Shown: piece after piece, positions 1-13,873 of the stretch | Numbering within the stretch: the first letter of the stretch is position 1 | Layout of the letters: each line of letters begins with the position of its first letter | Assembly: GCA_964016885.1 (NCBI GenBank) | Contig: OZ024740.1 | Coordinates: 151,714,001-151,778,000 of the forward strand | Length of the DNA: 64,000 nt | Source: Eledone cirrhosa | Lineage: Eukaryota | Direction of reading: 5' to 3' | Translations under genes and position numbers: made by a program | The notes under the pieces: generated by a model | Seen by the model: the letters and a program-made list of their open reading frames with translations, nothing else | Database searches by the model: none | Told to the model about the DNA's origin: nothing

Positions 1-780
1 GGAAAGAGAGTTTCGTGTAGTAGATATAGAGAGGGGAAGATTTTGGTGGTAATTGATAGAGATAAGTATTGATAGATATAGAGAGGGAGAGAGTTTGGTA
101 GTAATGGTTAGAGTGAGAGGGAATGAGAGAGAGTGTTGTATGGTAGATATAGTGAGGGGGATAGTTTGGTGGTAATTGATATAGTGGGGGGAGTGTGTTG
201 TATATTAGATATAGAGAGGGGGAGAGATTGATGTTTATTGCTATAGAGAGTGGGATTGGGAGAGTATGTTGTATGGATCATGTAGAGAGGGGGCGAGTTT
301 AGTGGTAATAAATAGAGTGAGAGGATTGATGGAGATAGGTATTGATAAATATAGAGAAGGGGAGAGTTTGGTAGTCATGGATAGAGTGAGAGAGCATGAG
401 AGAGAGTGTAGTATGTTAGATATACATGCATGTTAGAAGGATAGTTTGGTGATAATTGATAGAGGGGGGTTGGGAGAGATAAATATTGCTAAATATATAA
501 AGGAGGATTGGGAGAGACAATATCGCAAAATATTTAGAGGGAGAGTTTATGATGGATAGAGAGAGAACGATTACTAGTGAGTGTAGTAGAGATGGCGAGG
601 GGGAGAGTTTTTGAGTGATTGATATGAAGAGGGGTATTGGAAGAATGTTTGGTATGTTAGATCAAGAGAGGGGGGAAATTTTGTGGTTGTAGATATAGAG
701 AAAAGATAATGGGAGAGTGTCGTGTAGTAGACATAGAGAGGGTCCCAAATTATAGGTTGGGTGAGAGTAAGTGGGAGGGC
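1..780. repeat. Degenerate GA/GT-rich low-complexity tandem repeat
   Basis: Recurring 'gatatagagagggg...gagagtttggtagt' units. Confidence 0.6.
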
Positions 781-975
781 TTGGGAAATCGGTAATTGTA
801 TAGTTTACGTTCGTAAGTATGGGATTTCTTGTAATGTTCTTCTTTTGTCGTATATAATGTTTTTTTTATGTAAAATAAATTAATTAGCTCTGAGAGTACA
901 TGAATTACTGACTGACGTAAGAATGAAAACTCAATACTGAAGTAGAGTTCAAATTATTATGGCAAAGTGATGAGA

Positions 976-1024
976 CTTGTTATTCTAGAGTTGCACCTGT
1001 GTACTCACAGGGTCATCAGACAGG
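976..1024 (-). ncRNA. Hammerhead-like motif (degenerate, GCAA instead of GAAA)
   Basis: Minus strand: cctgt-CTGATGA-c-cctgtg-agta-cacagg-t-GCAAC-TCTAGA-ATA-acaag. Confidence 0.45.
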
Positions 1025-1089
1025 ACTGGTGATCCAGTGAGTGTGCAGGTAAACCTTTAGAGTAACACAGCCATCAATGTATATATCAA

Positions 1090-1143
<54 letters not shown>

Positions 1144-1293
1144 GAAGTTATAGTTCACTTGAAGCATTGTGTAATGACGTATACACTTTTTTATTTGTAA
1201 AGCCAAAACAATGCAGGTATGGACGTAAAATATAAATGTAAATGAAAAAGATATTGTTGACAATTAGTCTTTTACCTTAAATTTATTTAAATG

Positions 1294-1331
1294 TCCTTAA
1301 TTTTCGAGATAATATCTCTTCTTCGGAGGGA
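1294..1331 (-). ncRNA. Minimal hammerhead-like motif in the PLE terminal repeat (CCGAAGA variant)
   Basis: tccct-CCGAAGA-agagata-t-tatctc-GAAAATTA-agga. Confidence 0.6.
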
Positions 1332-1714
1332 AGTAAAGCGGTTGAACCAGCGTTCTAAATAGCTTGCCAAGTCATGCTGACAGGAAATGGTATAGAGTAT
1401 CTGTTCTATCTCTAATTTCAAAGAGTGAAGGTTAGGTGTATAAAGAGTAGTCACCCCTTTAAAAGGGGTTTTGTACATGTATGTTTAAGTGTGTGGGAGA
1501 ATGCGTGAAGGTGTAAGTATGTGTGTGAGTGTGAGAAGATATGTCTATACGTAAATGTGAGGGATAGATGCTCTCTCGTGTTAGAACTGGTCTTTGTGTG
1601 TGTATGTGTGTGTGAGAGAGAATAAGTGGAGGTGTAAGCTTGTGTGTGTGTGTGTGTATGTGTGTGCGTGTGTGTGGGAGGGGGTGGGGTGTAAGTATGG
1701 GGCTAGATGCGCTA

Positions 1715-2950
1715 TCATGTTAAAAATTGGGTGTTGAGTTCTAGTCTATTATTGATTGGTGGTTGTGTTTTGTCTATAATCAGTGCTTCCTTAATTCTAA
1801 GATTGCCGAGATTTATTTTCTTAGTTTCTATCCTAACTGTTATGGTTTTGTCGGTGTTTTTGCATTTCACTAGGTGTTTCTTAAATGAGGAAGCGTTAGT
1901 ATTGAGGTGTTCTTTTATTCTTATGTGAAGTGGTCTGGTGGTGCTACCTACGTAGACACACACATTTCAGATCGGCCCTCCCAGCCGGCGCTAAATTCGG
2001 ATACATAAGGAACGAACTAACACGTATCCGGAACAAATGCTACCTACGTAGAAGTTTCTGCATTTGTCGCACTCTAGTCTGTATACGACGCAAGCCTGGT
2101 GGTATAGGTCTGTGTCGTTGATGGGGCAGTTGGCTAGCCTGCAGCGGCTGTCATGTCTGGTGGAGTGTCTTTTGGTTAGCTGTCCGCGTAGAGAAGGTCC
2201 TGAGTGGGCTAGTTGGACATCTAGTCCCTCTCGTCTGATAGCTCTGCGTATGGCTGTTGTTGTTTCGTCACTGAAGTGTGGGAGCTTCAGGAAGCAAGTG
2301 TTAGTGCCTCGGATGTGGTGTCCTCTGTTCTTTCTGGCACGGTACGTGGTGGATGTCCGGTATCCGTTCACTTTGAGCACTTCCAGGAAATATGTGGTGT
2401 GTGTGTCTCGGTCTCTAGCGTCGGTGCATTTGTTCCGGATACGTGTTAGTTCGTTCCTTATGTATCCGAACATAGCGCCGGCTGGGAGGGCCGATCTGCA
2501 TTGTATAAACAGGTCCCTGCTGGCGGCTTTTTTATAGTAGCAGTTGTGGATGTTGCCTTCCTCTGTTACCCTGAGTTGGAAGTCCAGTAGGGATAGGGAT
2601 CCGCGGTCATCGTGGTGTTCCATGCTGAACTTTATACTGGCGTCCATGCTGGAGAATGTCGTATATATTTTATCCATCTCTTCACAGGATGATGTAAGGA
2701 TGAGTATGTCATCTACATATCGGGTAAAGATGGTATGGGAATGGCAGGTGTTGAGGGCTCGGCATTCTAGCTGGTTCATACAGGTGATGGCCAGCAGCCC
2801 CGATAGGCTGGATCCCATGGGTAATCCTGTTGTCTGTCTGTATGTGTGGTGGTGGAAGGAGAAATACGTGTTGTCCACTGTGAAGGACAAAAGCTGGTGC
2901 ATGTCCGTCGGATGGAGGCCGTAGCAGTGGATGTCCTCTGCGACCACGCA
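1715..2950 (-). pseudogene. Inverted second copy of the PLE RT C-half + GIY-YIG
   Basis: ORFs 1991-2986 and 1715-1963: QTTGLPMGS, RYVDD, YVGSTTRPLHIRIKEH. Confidence 0.92.
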
Positions 2951-5282
2951 ACTCATACAACACCTACACCGCACGCTACAACACAAACGGACTATTTCCA
3001 GCCTTGTACCACAACTGGCTGAAACCCCAGAACCTCTCTCCAGAGTTATCTCCGCCGCTATAGACAGGTCATACCACCATCGCCGAGCCTACGAGAAAAT
3101 ACGCCTAACGCAAAAAATTCTCAAACTCAGCACGGCTAACCGTCTTAACAACATCCCAAATCTTAGCACCAACAGAGGCGAACAAGACGGTACCAACACC
3201 GAACCTAGCGGCGCCGCGACCAACAACACACCTGACGCAAAACATCTCGTCACAGACTTGACAGGATCCCTCTCCCGAAAGGAATTAGACCTCCTCAGCC
3301 TTGGTCCTAAGTTCATATTGAAACAGAGACTGGACGACAAATTATGTTTCTACATAGAATCGAATTTCTGTCGGGCTGCCTACCAACTAAAATGGATATC
3401 GACTCTCGGCAACATCACCACGGAATCTAACAAACCCAGATTCCCGATATACCAACTGGATCGCCCACTCTCTCCACCGCCTGCCAACCGCGAGCTTGAA
3501 GAAAAACTCTCGAGGCTAAAACATTCCGTATTTAACATCTTACGAAAACAGAAGAAGATAGCCCCAAACCTCTCCAGGACACAACAATTCGCCCTGAAGA
3601 ACCTACGGAATAGGGAACTTATATACTTATCATCCGACAAAGGTAAAGAGGTTTGTGTCATCTCTCAAGCCACATACAACAAACTAGCCTTTGAACACCT
3701 AAGTGACAATGAAACTATATACAGAGATCCCGGACATGACTGCAGCTCAGATCGAAAAACAGACCAACTCCATCTGGTTCGACATCTGTAGGAGAAGATA
3801 ACTCCCAAATAAAGTTAAGCTCAACTACACCACTAGAAATAGCAGACTGCCCACTTTCTACCACCTCCTCAAGACACACAAGAATAGTACTAAGACACAA
3901 ATAAGACCCATCGTCTCTAGCATAGAAGGACCCCAATACAAAATATCCTGGCTCCTCTCCCAGATCCTCAAGCCTCTACTCTCCACCTTTCCCGGGCATA
4001 TCAGTAGCTCCGACGAAGTCATACGTAGACTACATCAACTCCAGCCAGAACAACTTAAACTAAATAGATACGCCTTTAGCCTCGACGTTGTCTCCCTCTA
4101 CACTACAGCCCCCGTTCATCCAGCTGTCGATTTATTGAAGTACTGCGTGGTGGCAGAGGACATCCACTGCTACAGCCTCCATCCGACGGACATACACCAG
4201 CTTTTGTCCTTCACAGTGGACAACACGTACTTCACCTTCCACCACCACACATACAGACAGACAACAGGATTACCCACGGGATCCAGCCTATCGGGCCTGC
4301 TGGCCACCACCTATATGAACCAGCTAGAATGCCGAGCCCTCAACACCTGCCATTCCCATACCATCTTCACCCGATATGTAGATGACATACTCATCCTTAC
4401 ATCATCCCGTGAGGAGGCGGATAAAATATACACGACATTCTCCAGCATGGACGCCAGTATAAAGTTCAGCATGGAACACCGCGATGACCGCGGATCCCTA
4501 TCCCTACTGGACTTCCAACTCAGGGTAACAGAAGAAGGCAAGACCATACCTGCTACTATAAAAAACCCGCCAGCAGGGACCTATTCGTACATTTCAGATC
4601 GGCGCTCCCAGCCGGCGCTATGTTCGGATACATAAGGAACGAACTAACACGTATCCGGAACAAATGCACCGACGCTGGAGACCGAGAAACACACACCACA
4701 TATTTCCTGGAAGTACTCAAACTGAACGGATACCCGACATCCACCACGAGCCGTGCCAGAAAGAACAGAGGACACCACACTCAAAGCACTAACAGCTGCT
4801 TCCTGAAGCTCCCACACTTCAGTGACGAAACAACAGCAGCCACTCGCAGAGCTATCAGACGAGAGATACTAGATATCCAACTAGCCCACTCAGGACCTTC
4901 TCTACGCGGACAGCTAACCAAAAGACACTCCACCAGACACAACAGCCGCTGCAGGTTAGCCAACTGCCCCATCAACGACAAAGACCTATGCCACCAGGCT
5001 TAAGTCGTATACAGACTAGAGTGCGACAAATGCAGCAAGTTCTACGTAGGTAGCACCACCAGACCACTTCACATAAGAATAAAAGAACATCTCAATACTA
5101 ACGCTTCCTCATTTAAGGAACTCCTAGTGAAATGCAAAAACAGCAACAAAAACATAACAGTTAGGATAGAAACTAAGGAAAGAAACCTCGTCAATCTTAG
5201 AATTAAGGAAGCACTGATTATAGACAAAACACAACCACCAATCAATAATAGACTAGAACTCAACACCCAATTTATAACTTGA
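2951..5282 (+). pseudogene. PLE RT + C-terminal GIY-YIG endonuclease, frameshifted
   Basis: LSLGPKF, SDKG, RPIVS, FSLDVVSLYT, QTTGLP(M/T)GS, RYVDD, VYRLECDKC..FYVGSTTRPLHIRIKEH; several frameshifts and stops. Confidence 0.92.
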
Positions 5283-5660
5283 TAGAGCATCTAGCCCCAG
5301 ACTTACACGCCAGTCCCTCCCACACACACGCACACACACACACACACACGCTTAAACCTCCACTTATTCTCTCTCACACACACATACACACACAAAGACC
5401 AGTTCTAACACGAGAGAGCATCTATCCCCCACATTTACGTATAGACATATCTTCTCACACTCACACACAAACACACACATACTTACACCTTCACGTATTC
5501 TCCCACACACTTAAACATACATGTACAAAACCCCTTTTAAAGGGAGACTACTCTTTATCCACCTAACCTTCACTCTTTGAAATTAGAGATAGAACTCTAT
5601 ACCATTTCCTGTCAGCATGACTTGGCAAGCTATTTAGAACGCTGGTTTAACCGCTTTACT

Positions 5661-5695
5661 TCCCTCCGAAGAAGAGATATCTCGAAAATTAAGGA
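5661..5695 (+). ncRNA. Minimal hammerhead-like motif in the PLE terminal repeat (CCGAAGA variant)
   Basis: tccct-CCGAAGA-agagatatctc-GAAAATTA-agga. Confidence 0.6.
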
Positions 5696-5851
5696 CATTT
5701 AAATAAATTTAAGGTAAAAGACTAATTGTCAACAATATCTTTTGCATTTGCATTTATATTTTATGTCCATACCTGCATTGTTTTGGCTTTACAAATACAA
5801 ACGTTTATATATATATATATATGAATATATATATATATATGTGTGTGTGTG

Positions 5852-5941
<90 letters not shown>

Positions 5942-5963
5942 TATATATATACATTGATATATA

Positions 5964-6050
5964 CATTACGTCGAGTGCTCTCCCTAATATTACATCGAGG
6001 TTGACCATACAGAATGACCAGTTCTATCCAGTGGTGAACCAACAAACTTA
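5964..6050 (+). mobile_element. Short (TA)n-embedded fragment of repeat family B
   Basis: Reverse complement of 9145-9230; also matches ~54102-54132. Confidence 0.8.
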
Positions 6051-6149
6051 TATATATATAAAGATACACACACACACATTAGTTCCTGTATCTCATATCT
6101 GTTATTTTGCCTGAGAAATATCTCTATGTGCCCTTAAACAGTACACACA

Positions 6150-6684
6150 TATATTTATTTTTTCATATCCAATTGAGTTCTTCGCACGAGGCTTTAATTC
6201 TTGTCAGAGTTCAATGACCTGCGTGTAAATTATTTTTTGGCGCTATCCACCCCACTTCCTTTTTCGGGACAGTGTGAGATTTTCTTTAGAACTGCTGGAC
6301 TTACAACCTAACAGTTCCTTCTAGCACTGATGGTGATTATCGCTAAATATTGATATTGATTTATTTATTAATATTAATATTATTGGGCACCCACTGAAGA
6401 TTTATAAGTGCCCACTTGCATAAGAATCCATTGATCGTACACAAGTTTCTACAAAACTTGGTATAATTTCACCCACAATGTAGAAATCTTATAATGAAAC
6501 GATTCGTATGGGAAATGAGTTATTTAATATATGTCATAAAATAATACAGCCAATTATCCACACAATACAATAGTTAGCACCCCAAACGTTTAATTGGGAA
6601 TATACTCCGGTATTTCCTAATGTTTGTTGAGTGAGTTGGAAATTGGTCGGAGTATCGCTAATAGCTTTCTCCGTTTATGTAACT
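6150..6684 (+). mobile_element. (TA)n-embedded non-coding repeat family C carrying a hammerhead
   Basis: Homologous to 18505-18892. Confidence 0.8.
6390..6512 (+). ncRNA. Type I hammerhead ribozyme with long stem II insert
   Basis: ccca-CTGAAGA-t-ttataag...cttataa-t-GAAAC-gattc-GTA-tggg. Confidence 0.7.
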
Positions 6685-7279
6685 ATATATGTATATGGAA
6701 ATAGCCAGACTGAAGGATGACGCGATCAACCTGAAATCGGAAATTATCATAACCTGCTGACACCAGAGAAGGTGCACACTCACCGCATGGAATCCTCCGG
6801 GAAGTCCATGCTAAGGGCATGCGGCGGAGCACGGACCGACCAGAGCGACGAAACGGGTTCAAGGGATCGGACACCATACTCTGATGACATTATATGCCCC
6901 GTGGTGTAAACCAAAATAACACAAGATGCATACCCGACTCTGCACGTCACCCTAAGCAGGAACATCACATGAGCCGGGACAGGTTGACCCGGATTCCATG
7001 GTCGTTCAGTCAGGTACCTTACACTTATAGTACAACACACCTCATCCACAGTGACATTCCCCAATATGACCGGGTTACGCGCCCCCATGCATGTGCACCT
7101 TTTCAATCGTTAATACATACTCTCCACGTGTTCCATTTTGGAACACATATTGTTTGTTCCGTACACAGACCTAAGTGTGCATCTCATACTCCCCATATGT
7201 GGTATATCACACGCATTCACATACCTTCTCCTTTCTCCTCTCTTTTTTTTATATATCTCTATGTGACGTTATATGCATA

Positions 7280-7860
<581 letters not shown>

Positions 7861-8368
7861 ATGTTTATATCTGTGCGAGATAGATCTTTTAATGTATGAC
7901 GTTAGATGTATATTTTAGTATATTGTAGGTTTTTTTATGGATGTGTATGTATGTGTGTATGTACATATATATATGTGGGTGTGTATGTGTGTGTGTATAT
8001 ATATATATATATGTATATATGTATATATGTGTGTATGTGTATGTGTGTGTGTGTATATATATATATATTTATTTATTTTTCTATTTACTTATTTATTTAT
8101 TTATATGTGTGTATGTATGCATGCATGTATGTGTATGGATGTATGTATTTGGTTACATTGTCTATATTTGTGCATGTGTATAACAAGATGCATCCTTTCA
8201 TGGATGACCCGGTATGACCTTTTGTGCAGATTTATATGACTGTGAGTATATCACATTTGAGTACGGACAGATATATGAGTGCGTGTATGCATCTTTGTAG
8301 ATGTACGTGGGCACGGAGGTAATTGGGCGCGTATTTGTTTGAATGTATATGAGCCCGTGTGTGTATGT

Positions 8369-8405
<37 letters not shown>

Positions 8406-8805
8406 GGAGCGTGCCTGTCATTGTGCCTCTCTATACGGACAGGCGTGTGTATGTGCGTGTGCGTGTCTATGTATATGTCTGTACAGGTTTGTGTATATGA
8501 GTAGATGTACGCGTACGCATGTGTGTGTCCTTGTATGCGTGTGCGTGTGTGTGCGTGTGCGCACGCGTGTGCGTGCGTGTGAGAGCTGATGTACGAGGGG
8601 ATGTAGGCAGGCGCCTGTGGATGCGTAAGTTGTTAGTTATACGCTCGTGGGCGTCTGTGTGTATATGAGTGTGTGTGTATATGTATATAGGTCTGTATAT
8701 ATACATATGTGTGTCTATTTATATATATATATATATGTACGTGCGCGTGTGTGTGTATATGTATGTATATATGTGTGTGTGTGTATATGTGTGTGTGAGT
8801 GGACT

Positions 8806-9102
8806 CGTGAAATACCAAACCCAGCATGAAGTGTATCGGAGTGTGGCTCATGGACAATATGGCAGCAACTATTTATGATGGCGTAGAAAAAAAAACAGCC
8901 TAGAGCAGGACAAGCGAGGAAGATGTTTTTTGAAGCTAACACCCCAGTGAGAAAATTTGTTCCGAAATTATTGCATGTGTCCGACGAACTTGCAGTTCTA
9001 GAATCAAACAGATCCATACAATGATCGTGTCTCGAGCTGTCTACCGGCGAAACAATTGTAACACAATAAATTGAGTCCACATGCATCACTGATTTTTCGT
9101 TT

Positions 9103-9108
<6 letters not shown>
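8806..9108 (+). mobile_element. (TA)n-embedded repeat family D with hammerhead
   Basis: Inverted homolog at 29655-29945. Confidence 0.8.
8976..9065 (+). ncRNA. Type I hammerhead-like motif (CCGACGA variant, palindromic stem III)
   Basis: tgtgt-CCGACGA-...-GAAAC-AATT-GTA-acaca. Confidence 0.65.
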
Positions 9109-9144
<36 letters not shown>

Positions 9145-9147
<3 letters not shown>

Positions 9148-9397
9148 TGTGTTGGTTCACCACTGGATAGAACTGGTCATTCTGTATGGTCAACCTCGAT
9201 GTAATATTAGGGAGAGCACTCGACGTAATGCAACTCACCCGTCTTCGTTTGTGCTGTTGGTGGTGCGAGTACGGAGTTAATTAATATAAAATAACAGGAT
9301 GCTGGACTGGTATAAATCCTTGAAAGGTTTATTAATGAAATGATCATAGTATAATAAACGTTTTAAGGAATTACAGCAGTCCAGCCTCCTGTTATTT

Positions 9398-9405
<8 letters not shown>
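9145..9405 (+). mobile_element. Fold-back element family B in (TA)n
   Basis: Arms ~9285-9333 / ~9350-9402; GAAA-TGATCA-TA half-hammerhead in the centre; ~140 bp one-sided extension. Confidence 0.8.
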
Positions 9406-9440
<35 letters not shown>

Positions 9441-10461
9441 AATTGGGTATGATACCAGTTTATTAACAAATGAGAAGAAGCTCGATATATCAACCCCTTA
9501 GGAAAAGGTACAGACCATTTTTATTTATTTACATTATATATACATATATAAAGGAGCTGTGGAACTGTCGATTGCCCCCCCCCCCCTCCAATAATTATAT
9601 ATTTTGTCTCAAAACTACCAAAACACACATCTATTTCGATATTCGCTATTTATATACATGTCCTGTTTATCGCATATCGAAGTTTTCTGACCATTTTAGA
9701 GTGCAATGAGCTAAACAATCACTACAACTAAATTGACCAAATCTGCTCCACACCCCACCCATTCAGAAATGCTTCCAACGTTTCTGATCGAAGTCAGTAA
9801 ATAAAGTGCTAACTACCAATACTGGCGTTGGTCCTCTCTGTCTGTCTGTCTGTCTCTATCTGTCTGTCGCTGTTGTTGTCTCTCTATATTTCGCTCTTTC
9901 TCTCTCACTTTCTCTCTCTCTCTCACTCTCACTCTCTCTCTCTCTCTCACTCTCACACTCTCTCCCTTTCTCTCTCTCTCTCACACACACTCTCTCACTC
10001 TCTCTCTCTCTCACTATCTCTCTCTCCCCATTTCTCTTTAACATATTCGGCTGTATTCCGATCTGAAATAGTATGCGTTCTACCAAGTTTGAAATGCCTG
10101 AGACACTACGCGTGTCAAGACGGTGCCTCTACGACTCCATCAGGTATGAAGAGGTCACGGATGGATGGAACAGCATTAAAAATAACTTTAGATAAAAAAA
10201 AAAAGAAAGAGGCGGGATCTATTCTGTATGTGTTCATTCATTAGTTATTTTTTTATTGTCAGAGTTCATTAAGAAGCCACTGTCAATGTGCTGGCGCTTG
10301 TTTCTTATTTTATCTTTTTTTCCTTGAGGGGGGGGGGGGTTAAATGTGCGAAGTCGTACGAAGGTTGGAGTTAAAAGCAAACAAGCGAAACGAACACGAT
10401 CAAAGGAAAACTGGAACTGAAACGCATATATGAATTAAAACAAGTTCGTAATACAAAAAAA

Positions 10462-10545
<84 letters not shown>

Positions 10546-10588
10546 CGTTCTCTGTCTCTCTCACTCACTCTCTCTCTCTCTCTCTCTC

Positions 10589-10668
<80 letters not shown>

Positions 10669-10714
10669 TATATATATATGTGTGTGTGTTTATATATATC
10701 GTTCTCTGTCTCTC

Positions 10715-10827
<113 letters not shown>

Positions 10828-11133
10828 AGAGTGAGAGCGAAAGTTGAAAGTTCGAGTGAGAAAGAAGGGGGTGGTTAGAATGAGAGCAAAGTACTCTTGA
10901 TAAACTAAGAAAAAACATCCAGATAATATATTCATGTCGTGTGTAACTAATAACGGGTGTTTGTTTGTTCTGGTAGATCAGTGTCATCATAATATTAGGT
11001 TAGCTTTTGGCAAGGTGGGGATTTGCTGTGACAGCACAAAATACACACCACATACATACAAGCACACTCACATGCGCACATACACACATCCTTAAAATAC
11101 ACACACACATATGTGTATATATACACACACATT

Positions 11134-11215
<82 letters not shown>

Positions 11216-11479
11216 GTTGACATGCCTATTGGGCTCCACACACACACACACGGGAAAAGTAGAATGTGAGTGAGCGGCAGTTTAGAGAGCTGAAAGTCTA
11301 TGGACTCTTTGCTCGAGACAGTCCCCTTTTGTATCTGACATCGGAGGAGACTTGTCCAGTTTGATTTACAATATCATCTTCATATGAAGGTTTTGAGCCT
11401 TCTTCAGGACGATGCCGAAACAAAAAATCACGGGCTCAAAACTTGGAAATTTTGTTAACACTAGTCTTGTTTTCTATTA

Positions 11480-12700
11480 GCAGAAATACCGTGATGACTT
11501 ACCAGGACTTTCGCAAGCGCAGTACCTCTCAGTAAAAAAGCACTGAAAACTGAGACAACTGTTTATCGGTGTAGACTTCAGCACAATCACTATTCTTCCT
11601 TCCCAAATGGATCTTTCCGTAGCCCCGCACGGGTAGCTGCCAGGGATTATGCTTTGCCAAAGGGCAGCCGGGGATTCGTTCCAGGACTGCTTGTTCAATA
11701 TATTCCCAGTTAATCTTCATATCTAAAGATTGTTCCTCTATCCGCCACCAAAGGATTTGAATAGACAAAATGGGTTTCGACCCTTTAACTCTACCTCACA
11801 CAACTTGGCTCTAAGAAAGATTGTTGATGAAATACGGAATCATAAAAAAGAGACAGCAATTGTATTTATAGATTTCAAGACGACGTTTGATTTTATTGAC
11901 CGAAAAAGATGCTCAAACTTCATCAGATCGTGAATGCAATTAAAGTCTTGTATGAGAATACTTCGGCATTTTTTTCTCCATAGATACCAGAGTCCTACTG
12001 GGAGATCCTCTGACCCCTTTCCGTTTGTTATATGCCTTGATTATGCACTGCATAATGCCATATCACCATCGACAGTCGATCGACTTTCGTCAAATGATGC
12101 CTAGGAAACTAAGTTTCCAATTGTTGATACTATCTATCGGTTGCAACTCCGGGTAGAAGGAGCAACGAGAAACAAAGAATCTTGCTCAAGGACATAACGT
12201 ATCGCCCGGTCCAGGAATCGGACTCACAACCCCACGATTGCGAATCCAATTCTCTGACGACTCAGCCACACGCCTTCACACGGGATAAAACTAAGAAATC
12301 TGCAAAGTACCCGCCATCTGGAGGAAGCTCTCCTGGAAGCACTACCAAAAATGCTGAAGACGTGTTATCAGAACAGAGGCTGCAGCTTATTGAATGCTGA
12401 CAAAACAAAATTTGTGCACCTCTATACATCAATTTAAAGAAATGCATGCGCTAGGCGGTTCGTAGATTGAAGAAGTGGGTGACCACTTACACCTTGGCAG
12501 TTCTATGAACACAGAGGACGATGTGAACATCAGGATAGGCAAGACATGGGGGAACGAAGATCTAAGGTTTGAGTAACTCCGATCAAGAACACAACGAAAA
12601 TGTGGCTATTCAAAGTAATGGTTGAGCCCATCTATAATTCATGGTCATTAACAAAAATACCCACACAAGATAAAGACATTCGTCTCCTGGAATACACACG
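11480..12700 (+). mobile_element. Degenerate RTE-like LINE RT fragment
   Basis: QNGFRP..ST...LALRKIVDE...AIVFIDFKTTFDFIDR (ORF 11730-11933). Confidence 0.7.
12140..12274 (-). mobile_element. tRNA-derived SINE fragment inserted in the LINE
   Basis: Minus strand ggcgtgtggctgagtcg...gagtccgattcc...tgtccttgagcaag (A/B boxes plus core). Confidence 0.6.
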
Positions 12701-13032
12701 TATTAAATAAATCGCTCTACAGTTCACAACCTCACTTTTCTGTCATCAGGCGCTCAATGAACCTGCAGGCTGAGTTCTTTTCTGGAAACAAGATGTATGC
12801 AGATGATCTGGGAGACAAATCATCATTTTGAAGGATGTTCCTGGAGATGATAGCGAGTGGAAGGCAAGGAAACTTCAAATGCCAATGCTGGACAGTGGGG
12901 CTGAAGTAGGAACGTCGATATGGTAGCAGTAACGGATGTGTAGAAGGAGATACATAATAAGTTACTACTGCTATCACACACAATCTAGTATGACTTCGAT
13001 ACGATGCTTAATCAAATGAAATGTAAACCTCG

Positions 13033-13390
13033 ACGGTAGGTTGGCAGGCAGTATCAGTAGAGGGTCGGACGCCATGCTTTCCAGCATAGTTACGTCCCTT
13101 TACGATCTGAGTTCAAATCCCGCCGAGGTTGACTTTGCCTTTCATACTTACGGGGTCGATAAAATAAAGTACCAGTAATGCACTGGATAATTGCTGGCCT
13201 TGTGCCTAAAGTAGAAACAAGTATTAGTAGAGCGTCAGACACCATGCTTTGCAGCATAGTGTTATGGCCCTTTACGTTCTGAGTTCAAATCTCGTTTTGC
13301 CTTTCATCCTTACGGGGTCGATAATATAAAGTACCAGTAATGCACTGGAGTAATTGCTGGCCTTGTGCCAAAACCAGAAACAATTATTCA
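13033..13390 (+). mobile_element. Octopus-type tRNA-derived SINE, two tandem copies
   Basis: tggcag..gagttcaaatccc..gactttgcctttcatcc..ggggtcgataaaataaagtaccag; many copies in the window. Confidence 0.85.
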
Positions 13391-13392
13391 AT

Positions 13393-13484
13393 ATAGAAAT
13401 GGCTTCTACGACTAGAACTGTTTTATTCGTATGATAATTACGGACGAATGAAACAGTTCTAGTCTTGTAGAAGTAATTTCTATA
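13393..13484 (+). repeat. Short fold-back with hammerhead 3' half
   Basis: gactagaactgttttattcgt / acgaatgaaacagttctagtc inverted arms. Confidence 0.6.
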
Positions 13485-13512
13485 TTATATATATATATAA
13501 CCATATCCATTA

Positions 13513-13550
13513 CAAGCTGAGGATCCGCTAAGGTGAAACAATTGTTCTCG
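13513..13550 (+). ncRNA. Minimal hammerhead motif in an ~85 bp (TA)n-flanked insert
   Basis: caag-CTGAGGA-tcc-gcta-aggt-GAAAC-AATT-GTT-ctcg. Confidence 0.6.
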
Positions 13551-13579
13551 GTAGGGTGAACTAACTGTTGTGTAACCAC

Positions 13580-13645
<66 letters not shown>

Positions 13646-13647
<2 letters not shown>

Positions 13648-13818
13648 CGAAGGAAGTGTGGTAAGGAACCAGGTGGACCATAACGCACTAGAGTACTCAA
13701 TACTTTGGGTAGTAGAGTGGGTAATAGAAAAAGAGTCAGGACCCCGACGGCTATTTCAGTCCAGAAATAGCCTTCGAAACGGTTTGACCTCTGCCGTCGG
13801 GGTCCTGATACTTTTCCT
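13646..13818 (+). mobile_element. Fold-back element family G in (TA)n
   Basis: Homologous to 35976-36168 and 49632-49712; GAAAC-GG..CC-GTC hammerhead half. Confidence 0.8.
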
Positions 13819-13830
13819 ATATATATATAT

Positions 13831-13873
<43 letters not shown>

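Larger units (their letters stand above)
1141..5806 (+). mobile_element. Penelope-like retroelement (Penelope/Poseidon type) with a long inverted 5' arm, inserted in (TA)n
   Basis: ~1181-2950 is the reverse complement of ~4144-5806; RT and GIY-YIG motifs; (TA)n tracts at 1093-1140 and from 5806. Confidence 0.93.

Noticed and set aside
2064-2963. Antisense and alternate-frame ORFs over the PLE (likewise over the LINE at 37242-40605)
   Set aside because: Shadow ORFs of GC-richer transposon coding sequence with no independent motifs
6881-6920. CTGATGA hammerhead candidates here and at ~11400, ~17830, ~49320 and ~63190
   Set aside because: GAAA or stem I is missing; too degenerate to call
13033-13130. 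tRNA genes
   Set aside because: The A/B-box-like sequences belong to SINE heads; no cloverleaf
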